DNA of 64,000 bases from Atractiella rhizophila. Lineage: Eukaryota. Within the stretch, counting starts at the first letter, position 1. The number at the start of each line of letters is the position of its first letter. The DNA is taken from positions 201,189 to 265,188 of the forward strand of contig MU271181.1 in assembly GCA_021432655.1 (NCBI GenBank). The letters run 5' to 3'. This document shows positions 14,000-25,133 of this stretch, piece by piece. The position numbers and the translations under genes were made by a program. The notes under the pieces were generated by a model that was not told the DNA's origin, did no database searches, and saw only the letters and a list, made by a program, of their open reading frames with translations.

Positions 14000-15840
14000 C
14001 ACCCAATATATTTGCATTTACCTTTCGTATGAGGGAGTGGTCTGGATCACATAAACAGTTTTTGTCTGTGAAGCTTTCATATGAGAGGGAGTACCTTGTC
14101 AGATCAGGTAACGATATTTGTGGTTCATCCCCTCTAACTGAAGGGACCTACATCTGTTTCTTGTGACCGCTCTTGATGAGAACTTCTCCCTCCTGCTTGG
14201 TTCTGTTACAAAACACACTCAGAAGATGAAAATACGGCATGCTATCAGTGCACACACCTCCAGCTCCGCTGGCGGAGATGAACCTCTGGGCTCCGCTCCG
14301 CCAACGAAGATGAAAAGCAGAAACAGAAATGCAATGGTTTGGTCCGTGATTGTGATGAGAAATGTGACGAGTTGTTCCGTGAGGGTTCATCCTTATATAT
14401 AAAGCATGACAGGTTTTGACCATGACTCAATCATGTACCTTTGAGCCCTTATATCACTACCCACAACAGCCCTTTCAAAATTCTAAGCATACCACAAGAA
14501 TACGCGTGTCGGCACCCTTCAAACTGTATACAGTAAAGCCCATTTGAAAGACCAAAAAAAATTGTTTTCTTCCTGACTCATGCGACTTCTTGGTCCACAA
14601 CAATCCCGTCAATATTCTGAGCATACCACGAGGATACGCGTGTCGATGCCTTTCGAACCGTATACAACAAAGCTTATTTAAAAGAGAAAAAGTTATTGTC
14701 CTCATGACTGAGTCAAGTGATTGGCTTTGGCGCTTTGGCACAATTTTCCTTACCTACTCAAAAGCAGCAGGCAAGGTAAAGAGTTTGCGCACATGCTGCT
14801 ACTGCTCCAACGGTACTATTCACACGCGCTTTCCCCGACACAATAATCACTCACCAGTTCTTCCCAACGCTCTAAGGAAGTAAGAAAGTACCAACCTGGC
14901 ACGGACGAAAGCCCGTGAGACAGCAGAGACTAATATTGCTCGATGACACGTCCTTGCTACAGGGAGTCCGTCTTCTTTTGGTGACTCCTCTGAGCAAAGT
15001 AATACATCCACCCATGCCAACAACCAGAATCGGGAGAAATGCCGCAGTTGAGCATGTTTGATGGAGTGGAGCCTATCTCATGATTTTAGTGGCGTTGGTC
15101 CACATCTTGCTTTGGGCAAAGCTCGCAAACACCTCCAGCCCATTCCAGTCGGTGCTGTCCGTTCGGACTTCGCAGTATTGGCGGTCGTGAGGATTGAATT
15201 AGATGGCATTGCACCTTATTGAATAAACACAAACGGCTTTGCAAGATGAGGGAAAGGAATGGAGACTGTGATACTACTGAATGCTACGCACATGATGTCC
15301 TGGGTGCTGGTGCAAGTGGATGAAACGACGATGATGTACTGTCAAAGCATGACGAAGACAAACGGGGCACAACAAAAGACTTCAAGCAGTGAAACCAAAC
15401 AGGAGGAGTTAGGACTAGGAAATGTGAATCTATCTTTTGGAGACATAGACACTGAACGGAAACGATTAGACCACAGACAAGACAGATGACGAGGTTTAAA
15501 GTAGAGTCCTCTTTTTCATAGGGCACGGCACCATTCTGCATATCGAACCAAGTCGGGATGCGTCGTGTGCAGCGTGCAGCTTTCTTTGACCAGATGAGAC
15601 CTACATCAATGCATAAGCAAGGAGAAGGAGACCTGAAGGTAGCAAAACAAAGGCATTGACTTACAAGATGACTGACGGTCGTTTCCCTTCAAATTTGAAC
15701 GAGGGTTTGTGCGCACAGTCACCTATAAGCCAAATACCACTGTTAGTTGAAAGGTGGCGATAAACTGGTGAAGGGCTTACCGATCCACTTCAATTGGCCT
15801 CTTAGGAAATCTATTCTGCGTCAGAAAAGGAATCGGTTAA
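14000..15840 (-). pseudogene. Decayed multi-exon gene of unknown family (copy B, paralog of 8.7-13.4 kb)
   Basis: Collinear nucleotide similarity to copy A; fragmentary ORFs such as 14475..14741. Confidence 0.35.
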
Positions 15841-15858
15841 CCCTTAAGCGTACTATTT

Positions 15859-15938
15859 CGCTTCAATTTTAAGAAAATTTGCAGGTCAAAAGTGATAGAG
15901 CAGTTTTATCGCCGACCAACTCCGACCCCTTGGGCGAC
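15859..15938. repeat. Dispersed repeat (MITE-like fragment), inverted copy of 62730-62821
   Basis: 15901-15930 is the exact reverse complement of 62738-62767; the flanks also align. Confidence 0.8.
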
Positions 15939-16599
15939 GAGTCTGCTCGGGATGTTACTTCAGCCTTAGCAATCCCCCACTTTTCGACGCGACGTCGGAA
16001 CGAGATACATTGGTGTCTTGTTAAGATTTGACAGCAGCAGATAGTCTTCTGGCCTGGAAAGCGCTATAAACGGTAACATCGGACTTGGAAAGGATTCCCA
16101 TAGAAGAGGATTGAGCTTTGGTGACAACATGGAGCAGAATGGAGCAGAATACGGCACAGGCGCGAGAAGATATTTCTACGTACTGACGCTTCTCGCTCTT
16201 CTCGCTCTTCTCTTGGAATAAGAATACGCTAAACTCATTCAGCCTCGTCCTCGCTCGTTCCCCTCGGCAGTATCGCGGCGAAGGCCGACCGAGGACCGTC
16301 CTCTGCCCTTGCCACTCTCACGGCCGTTTCGATAGAGTGCCGATGGAGAGGATAAAAGGGACGGAGAACGAAGACCGACGCCAGAAGCGGTAAGGATAGG
16401 CGAGACAAAGGGCAAACTATTTCTTGTCAAATCGTCCTAACGGCCATCATCCCGTCCTCGCTTGGGTTGCCCAATTTTTTCACCTTCCCTTCGATCTGAA
16501 GGGCTATATATAAGGGTAAATTGAAGACATCTATAAAGGAGGAAACTCTCTATGTCCTATCAATCTGCAGAGTACCAAGTTCACTGTCGATTGTACACA

Positions 16600-17286
16600 A
16601 TGGTATCAAAAGTCAAACCTGGGAAACAAGTGCAAGACCCTTACTACGGGTGCAGAGGTATGTTAGTGTGGAAACCGAAAGAGTCTGAATCTGACCTTAG
16701 TGCCTAGATATCTCTATCCTTTGTGCAGAGACAGCATACAACCTCTTTCCCTTCACTTCATCAATGCAAGAAACTCCATCATCATCCTTATCAACATGGG
16801 TGGTAAGCTTGTCCATCCCATCCCGCAGGCTTACAAAAGCTGATGTAATAACAGGCGTACATGCTGTATCGAACAGCTCTCCCAAACCAAGTCGTTTTTC
16901 ATGCCCTACACCTTCTCCATCGCATATCCAAATCCTTCACCGCCGCACCAGCAATCTCCCCAATAACACACTTCCACGAGCGCCTCCTCCTTTCTTCTTT
17001 CATCCTCGCAACCGCATACAACAACGACTGTGCCTTCGCGAACTCGTCGTGGAAGATCGCAGCGCAAGACTTATTCACGGTAGCAGAGATCGACGAAATG
17101 GAGATGGAGTTCCTGCTCTGCCTTGGTTGTCGATTACGACAAGAAGGAGAGGATCTGAAGAGCATTACACAAGAGGATGAAGCGAAGTGGCTAGCTAGCA
17201 TCAAGTTGCAGGAGCAGAAGCTGGAACAGGTCCGAACAGGAAGATGGCCATTCTCACGACGGCTATCATATGTCGGAGCTCACTGA
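16600..17286 (+). CDS. Cyclin-like protein (Pcl/Pho80/Clg1-type)
   Basis: Exons 16600-16657, 16708-16802 and 16855-17286 splice in frame at GT-AG introns; cyclin-box motifs DPYYG, LLLSSFILATAYNNDCAFANSSW, EIDEMEMEFLLCL. Confidence 0.85.
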
Positions 17287-18179
17287 ATGAATCTTTTCTA
17301 AGGTCATGTTTTAACAGCAATAAACCAGTTTTAAACCCTAGATTTCGTATTTACCTCGTTTTTGGGCTGTTGTTCCACTCTTGTCAAAATTCAACATGTA
17401 CATCAACTTCGAAACTGGAAATGTATGCCATCACGAATTGTCAATTTGATTGATGTTTCTCTGTAGTTATACAAAAGGCAATCATGCCCCAACTAAGAGT
17501 TTGGAAGGCTGGCTGAGATGCCAGTTGCCAACGATAGCCAACACTGCAAGCCGGACTCACAAGGTCGAACTCTTTCAAGAGGAGTAGAGAACGTCAAGCA
17601 ACCGACGTCAATTGCTGACTATCACGATATCACTGACTTGATTCCGAGCACTTCGCCGCTTGGTTTGAGGAGCTGAAGGGAGAGGGACTTGCAAATGGTT
17701 TGGTGATTCTGTGTTCTGGAACTTGAAGTCGACACCGGAGAACTCCACAAGACTGCAATCGTGAGACCGTTAAGTTGCAACCAAAGGGACCGATAGTCCG
17801 CATGGGGATCCAGCGCGAGCATGTCGCCTCGGGAGCGAGTAGGCATGTCTGCCTGAGGTTGAAATGTGAGCGCGGCTACGGTGCAGAAGGTAAACACTCG
17901 GTCCGACACCCCAGGCTGAGATCTATAATTGCCAGATCGCGTCAGAATCCCATGGAAGCGAGACCATGCAACAAGACAATGATAGTCCCGTCGCTACAGG
18001 GCTCTTAAACCCAACTTTCAAGTTTCCATTCAATCCCATCATGCTGAGAATGTCGTGTCTTTTCAGCTCTTCCTAGTCTCCCTACATGCCCCGATCTTCG
18101 CCTGTAACAATCTTTCACCCAAAAGACATTTGCAGGCGTGGTTGTGTTGTGGAATCTTGGGTAGCTTCACGTGACACGT

Positions 18180-21100
18180 AGGGCTCGACACCGTGCCGAC
18201 CCGTTGATTTTTTGGGCAAGACGGGGACGGGACGATTACACCCCGTCCCGTTTGTCCCGTCTGCAGGATTCTTCCCTTGTCGAGGACGGGAACGGGAAGG
18301 GGTACAGTTGGCTAAAACGGCTTGCCCACCGGCTTACACGGTTTGACAGGGAGGGAGGGAACCAGGTTCAGTAATAATGATCAAACATAATCAGTTATCC
18401 CATCAGCGACATGACACTTCACTGAAGTTCTTCAATCAATAACAATCGGTCCGTCTTGAGGCATACGGAAAAGCCACTCCAATTCTCCTTTCATCCTTCC
18501 ATCATATCTCCACCACGCCCTGAGGAGCATCAATTTGTGAACTGTTTCTGCTTTCAGGGAGGTGCGACACAAGGAGATAACATCCCGTCCAGATGAAAAC
18601 ACACGTTCAACGGCGACGGAGGAAGCTATAGCACAGGAATTAAGTGTGAAATAGAACAGGAAAGGCAGCAGTGAGCACACACCCGGAATACTGAGCACAT
18701 CTCGAGCAAGTGCGGCTAGTGTGCCAAATCGACCATTCTGACCTTGATTCTTCCACCAAAGTAAAACATTCGACTCCGCATTAGCAGCACAATCGTCAGA
18801 ATCTCCTTCCTTGCTGGTGAGGTGGTTCCAGTACCGTTCTAAAGGATGTAACTGTGAAAGAGCGGTGGTTTTTTGTACACTGGAGAAAATTCGTGCATTT
18901 AACTTATCGGCTGCTGTGGTCCGCTCTGGCACACCGACAGCTGGAGGAGCAGCGGATGGGGAGGGAGCTGGAGGAACTTGGGGAGGATTGCGTGCATATT
19001 CCCGATCGTACTTGAATTTCAGGCTTGACTTGGCTCGTTCGAGGGTCTGCGGATCAAGTCCATAGTCAGGATTTTCAAAGATTGCAGGTCCCATCCGGGG
19101 ATCCAACACTACAGGAAGTATTCAGTTCACTAACCAAGTGCATAAGCAAAACACTTACAAATTGCCCAGTAGTACCATGGATAATCATCAGTTTTGGCAA
19201 AATATTTTGCTAACTTTTCGTGAGCCTTGATCAAACCGTTCATGACAACTGGCGGAGCTGTGAAAGGCAGAGTAGCGACCACATCCTCCAACTTCTCGAA
19301 GAGCTGGAGGAAAAGCAGGACAACACTACTGACCGTAACACAGGAAGTGCTGGACATGAGAGCGGTTACATCAGCAAACTTCTCCAACCACGTTGTAACG
19401 AGTTCAATTGCAGCCCAGTCATCTTCGGATAGGCATACACCTTTGAGATCCTTTGTTTGAACTGCCGAGAAGTTGTCCACTGCTTGCCTAAATGCCAGCG
19501 CTCGCTTCAGCATGAAACATGTTGAAGACCATCATGTCTGAACATCAAGGAGCAAGAGCTTCTCCTTTTCGTCCAGATCCTGCCTCGCCGTATCAATGCA
19601 ACGAAGCCACCAATCTTTCTTTTGAGGTGACGACTTAGTGCATTTCACGATGGTTCGCAGCTGGTGCTCAAGATATAGAACAGCAAGATAAATGCGTACC
19701 CTTTGAATGGCAGTGCCAACGTCAGCGTTGCTCTCAGAACCGAGAGCATCCCCATCTCTCTCCCTACTACCACCAACACGCTGCTCAAGGTCCCCAGCCT
19801 GATCAGAAGGAGCAGTGATATTCTCCAGCGTGCTTTGATATGGTTCGTGCGCCTCATCCTCCAGTGTGACAAGAGCTGGGTGCCCTAGTTGAGGTTGCAC
19901 TGAGAGGAGTGGGATCTGTAGCTGCCACAGTTGAAGAAGAGCTGCCATCCTTCACTTTGGGCCATGCGCCAACTGAATTGAGGAGTTCGATGACGGCAAG
20001 ATGGACAATATGCGGAAGACATCTTCCTCTGCGTTCGGCTGCTGGGAAGGATATACCATCCTTGGCAAACAGCAGCTCTAATTCTTCCATCATCATGTCG
20101 TTGGAGCTTGCGTTGTCCGAAACAATCACAGAAATCTAGGCTCCGTTCAGGTAAGTACTGTGACACCACTTCTTATAGAGCAAATACGTACCTTTTCCAA
20201 AATCCTCAACCGTGTGAGAACACCGTAAACCAACTTGGCAAGCTTTTTCCCACTGTGCTCTCCATGCACCTCAACGAAATCCAACAAATCGGTATTAAGA
20301 TTCCAGTTGGAATCAGCTGGATGGCCACAGATCGCGAGGAAACTCGAATTAATACTGGCGGTCCAAAGATCAAGGGAAATAGCGAATTTGCATTCCACGG
20401 ACTATAAAAGTCATGGGCCAATGCCAGTGTGACAAAATAAAATAAATGTACCTCATAGTATTTGATGAGATTATCCCCAAGGCTGTCAGAATAATCCGAA
20501 GTTACACGTCGGATCATTGTTGAAGAGGGAATCTCCAGTCAGGAACCGTGGACATAGCTCAGCAGATCCCTCAACTCCTGGCATTCAACCTCCATAAAAG
20601 GCTGCATGCTGACCGAAACCCAACGCATGAGGAGGTATTTGAGCCTTTCAGGATCTACCTTCTGTAATATAATCTATAAGTCCCATGCTTTGCCAATAGC
20701 GAACGAAACAAACCTCATTGCCATTTCTTTCGAAGGACGACCCCTTTGCAATCGAATGATTCCTCATCCATGCTTGAATACTACCTGGAGCTGGCACATC
20801 CTCATCCTCAGGCGGCGAATCCCTGCGCAACGACTTGTATTCTGGAGTCGTCAGTTCCTTTCTTGCATATCTGATGTCGGTGTCATTCAGGTCCTCGCAG
20901 GCCGGAGTATTTGCGAGTCATTGGAGGGCTTTTGTGACATATTGTCCATGCTTGTTCTGCAGATGATTGATCAAGGCGTCGTAGTTGTATTTACTTTCGC
21001 TCGTCTGGCGAAAGTAGAGGCTGCATCGGCGGCATTGAAAGATACGGTCGTTAGGAAAGACAGGGCGAGTTCTGAATGCTCCTTTCGGAACGGCAGTATG

Positions 21101-22270
21101 ATCTTCAACATGATGGTAGAAGAACTTGCACGTCGCCTTGCCGCGAGGTTCGTTATTGCGAGCTCTCTGAGTAACTTGTCAGGGTGAACAAGGAAGTAGC
21201 TAAGCATCAGGTACGCACCTTTCTCCGGGATTCTGAACCGAACCCCATTTGCTGCTCGTCATCATCAGTTGTTTCCTATTGCAACTTGCTATTAGTCGGA
21301 CGGTCAAAAAAGAATGGTTGACACCTACTCGCACCGCTCCCGGCACCTTTCATTTCTTCTTCTTTTTCTGCTCCTTCTTCTTCTGGGCTCTTGTCTTTCC
21401 CTTCTGGGTTCCATCTTCCTTTCTTCTCTCCTTCATCGCATCCGCCGTTGCTTGATTCATCTCTCTGCCATCTTCTTCTTCCTCCATAGCTCCAGCTCCA
21501 ACTCCGTCTTCCTCTTCCTCCTCGGGCACAAAGTCCAGGTCCCACATATCCTCTTCATACTCCTCCAGCTCGCCCACTTCAATCAGGATCGTTACAATAG
21601 TCGCCCCAACTTTATTGAGGTAGCGTAACAGTTCGACCATCAGTGAAGGGAATGCCGCGTGTTGCTTTCTAGTCTCGAACCAAAGCTTGACGAACGACGA
21701 GATACCTGCCCCGCCGCCAATCCCCGCTGTTTTGAGCTGTTGAGCTGAGAATTGGACGAACTCGTCATCCTCGTCCAGTGGTTGAGGCTCATCAGCAGTG
21801 GTTGACATTACGAGGGAGAGAAGGTGGAGGGAACTCAGAGCCAAAGTTGAGTTGGTGTCCTAGAATGGAATGCATGAGGAAACCATTCATACGAGAGCAA
21901 TCAAACAAGTATCTTGTCGCATCATAGCTACTCTGGTTCGCATCTGACATGAGCCTGCAAGTGAATATTAATCTATCAACAAATGTTGATGCCAAAAAAA
22001 GAGGACAAACATTTCATGTAGCTGTTTCTTCTGCGCTCTTTCCGACAGCGATGTTCCATCTTCGTTGTTGTTTTGAGCTAGGTCGACTGGCTTTTAACTC
22101 TGTTACTCTTTATACCAGAAGGCTGAAATTGAAGTTTCGGTTGATCCATGACTGTGCAGTGACGGCTCTTGGAGCAGAAGTACACCCAGTGGCAGCTTTT
22201 AAGGATTGCACCCTCTTTGCAAGGTCCGGGAATACTACATCACACGGGACCGTGTACACGCCGACGTGCG
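18180..22270 (-). mobile_element. hAT transposon with spliced, inactivated transposase (~21844 to 18432); distal TIR not found
   Basis: Motifs ISLDLWTAS, HSGKKLA, SDNASSND, RCLPHIVHLAV, LDVQT*WSST (TGA in place of the usual Arg), ASSVAVERVFSSGRD. Left end TAGGGCTCGACACCGTGCCG with CCCGT subterminal repeats. Confidence 0.85.
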
Positions 22271-22625
22271 AAAAGAAAATGAGTAATACTCATCAGAAAT
22301 TCCCTGAAACACATCATAACATGTCCATGACCTGCCGATGCAGCATCATCTTTCTCTTCCACCCTCCTTCCTCCATTTCCGCCACCACCCTTCACTTCTT
22401 GGTGCAGCTCCATACTAAGATCCATTGCTTTGGTAGAGATCGAGAACCCGCGAGCATTGACAGAAGCAAAATTTCGAAATGAGGAAAGGAAGGAAGGGGG
22501 TACATGATGATGGCCGGGTCATCCTCAGGGTACCTATTCCTGACTCTATCCTCAGCCTCAGCAAGTCATCTGCAGCAAGACAGCAAGAGGAGGAGGAGCG
22601 ATAGTGGGGTGTGAGATGAGGGGTT

Positions 22626-22684
22626 TCACCAGAAGACAAGACTGGCTAGATCCTGTTTCGCTAAGGCTTCTTCAGTTCTGGTGA
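22626..22684 (-). ncRNA. Type I hammerhead ribozyme
   Basis: Minus strand reads UCACCAGAA-CUGAAGA-A-GC(CUUA)GC-GAAA-CAGGA(UCUAGCCAG)UCUUG-UC^UUCUGGUGA: 9-bp stem I, full catalytic core, minimal stem II, stem III with one G-U pair, GUC triplet. Predicted cut between 22635 and 22634. Confidence 0.9.
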
Positions 22685-22717
22685 TGGTGAGGGCTCTTTG
22701 GGAGGCGCTCTGGGTGG

Positions 22718-22723
22718 TTTATA
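22718..22723 (-). promoter_or_regulatory. Possible TATA box ~35 nt upstream of the hammerhead (pLTR promoter)
   Basis: TATAAA on the minus strand; position alone is the evidence. Confidence 0.3.
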
Positions 22724-23211
22724 AGTGAAGGAATTGATGGGGATTGCCCATCGCATCATGCAGAGTTGTTATCTGCGCTTCAACGTAGGCTGAGGTTCTT
22801 TCTTGTGTTTTCTTTATTCATTGCAGTGTTGAGTCCTTATGTGGAAGAAAATAGGGTGGAATGTGGTCTTTGTGGCGCCTTTTTGGTCGCTCAAAGGGTC
22901 CTGACACCCCCTCTATGGGCTGTCTCTCCTGCGTTTCCCTGTTCCTCAAGATGAAGCGGCAATGCATCATATGCTTCTTGTGCTAAATGGGGATGCTCTG
23001 GATGATTCAGGGCGGTCATGGAGAGTCCTGAGGCGTCTATTCCATTCCTTTTCGATGGCAAAGTGCTGTGAGATCACTATTTTTTGCATCATTTCATCAG
23101 CGGGGCTCCTGGTCTTTGAGTGGATGGTGCGATGGTTTTATATCTTTGCTTGTGTACATTCCTATCTTTTTTTCTGATCTTTGTGGTTTCATCACAGTGA
23201 AGCGTTGGGTC

Positions 23212-23796
23212 ATGGGAGAGAATGAGAACGTCCCCTTGGTTCTCTCTTATGATCCCATCAGTGATGAATTCTCCACCCTCATGAATTCATATATCGTCAA
23301 TTCTGCAGTGCGCTTTATGGATGGACAGTTCCCCGTTCTGCTTCATCCAGGGGAGAAGAGGTGAGTTCTCTCGATTCCTGTCTCACATTAGCGCCATTTT
23401 ACTCATTTTTGGATGTAGGAGGCGCTATGAACCCTATCATGTAGCCTGGTATCAGCGTCAAGGCACCAGGGGCAGTCTTAGGACCACTTATGGCGATCCC
23501 ATGGTGTGGGCACGGTCCAAGAACTTTTTCTTGACTGCTGTGGTCCCAATGGGTTCGTTCTCTATCCTATTTCCTTTCATATTTTCGCCTAATCCATGTT
23601 TATAGAGATATACTGTCGTTTATCGCCTAGACAGTTCCGAGCGATCATCAGGAGGAGGGAGAAGGAGGGATGGCAGTATGATGATTCTGCAGATCATGAT
23701 CTGGAGAAGGAGGCTATTGACCTTTGCAAAAGGCACTCTGTATTGCCTCACAAGGTACCTTGGGGTCAGTTCATAGAGTTGGAGGCTATGAAATAA
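23212..23796 (+). CDS. 157-aa hypothetical protein, three exons, antisense to the RT
   Basis: Exons 23212-23360, 23419-23552 and 23606-23796 (474 nt); introns GTGAGT..TAG (58 nt) and GTTCGT..CTAAT..TAG (53 nt) keep the frame open from ATG to TAA. Confidence 0.7.
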
Positions 23797-24077
23797 ATGT
23801 GATTCATTCGATTCATCTCAGTATTGTCATTGCACCATGAGAGGCTGAGTTCTATTGATTCCTTCGACTTTCTTTGGGGCGAGGGCCGCCACATAACGTC
23901 TCAGAAGTGTTCTGAGGGCCGCCTTTCATGTGTACATGTCTAGTCTTGCATCAAAGTTCAAGGGATTGATTATGAGCTTGAGGTTTGCATCGATGTGGGT
24001 CGTATCACGTCTTCACAGTTTGAACAACAAAAAGGCCGCCTGAACCCCAAAAGCCTCCTTGGGGCTCAGGATACTCT

Positions 24078-24437
24078 TTTCATACTCGTCTGCTTTCGTC
24101 ATATCTTGGTTCGTCAAGACGTAACCGCGCAGAGGAGGTGCTGACGAGCATATGAGGGCTTTCCATCAGACTCTGCTCACAACTCGAGCGGTAGATTGAC
24201 TTGCGAGGCAGAGGTTGCTACCTTCGAGCCATCAGCTTCTGTGTGATGGATTTGCCTCTGAGATCCAGCTGCACGAGGACGGCTCCCTTGCCTATCTTGG
24301 TTTGTCGGGACGTAACCGTGTAGGTGGTTGCCGGCCGCTCAGCAAATTCCCATCATGAGGATCTTTGTCCTCAGTCAGGCAGATTGACTTGCAAGGCAGA
24401 GGTTGCTACCTCTGAGGGTTCAAATCCTCATGATGGG
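24078..24437 (+). ncRNA. Array of four hairpins (A-B-A'-B') with conserved apical cores
   Basis: Core A 24102-24129 vs 24293-24320 (24/28 identical); core B 24190-24223 vs 24378-24411 (32/34). Basal stems differ in sequence but pair, e.g. a perfect 14-bp stem 24349-24362/24424-24437. Strand suggested by G-U pairs. Confidence 0.65.
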
Positions 24438-25133
24438 CTCTTACATCTCCCCACAAGGCGAGGGAGGATATCAAGCTCTTTAGGCGATGTATTGTTGTGA
24501 TTTCCTCAGACTCAATCATCGTCGCTCGCTCGTCGTCATAAAGACCTTTTTGAGCCTGACACATGCACAAATGGAGGCAGAGGCGACGAAGCCAACTTCC
24601 CTCTGAAGTCTGGGAGGGCCTGTTCGCTCGGCGCTGCCTCGCCTCAGTCTCGCATCCAAGGATGGAGATTTTTCTTTTCGTCAACGACGACACATCTTTC
24701 TCCCCAATGGGTTCGATGTGAAGGCTTCTCCTGAGAGAGACCCACCTCATGGTCGCCTCTAGAAGGGTCCATTGCCAATGTCCCTACGACCTCTTATGAG
24801 ATGTTGCAGCATTCGGATTACCCCGCCGATTCCTGCTGAGCATACCCGCATCGTCCGGTAGGGTTTTTGCACGGCGCCCCCCGACATGGTGACCCCAAGC
24901 TAAATAGCAAGGTTCCAGCACGATCTCTTTACAGGGGCGAACATCTAAGTGTCCCCATTATGCTCAGTAAGTCTCTCGTCAACACCAGCTTCAGGGTGTC
25001 CTCATCGCCAGCTCGTTGGGCGACAGGTTTGGGTGATTCGTTTGTCTTTCATGTCTAGCCTTTCTGCTTTCGCTAGTAGTGTTTCGCCTTTGGTTCTTTA
25101 ACATGGTACTTTGTATCTGTAAACAGCTTTCAT

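Noticed and set aside
22290..22296. CTGATGA plus a small hairpin on the minus strand
   Set aside because: Lacks GAAA and stem III, so it is not a hammerhead.
24102..24411. CRISPR-like or H/ACA snoRNA reading of the hairpin array
   Set aside because: Two alternating cores with self-pairing spacers, no cas genes, and no consistent H or ACA boxes.
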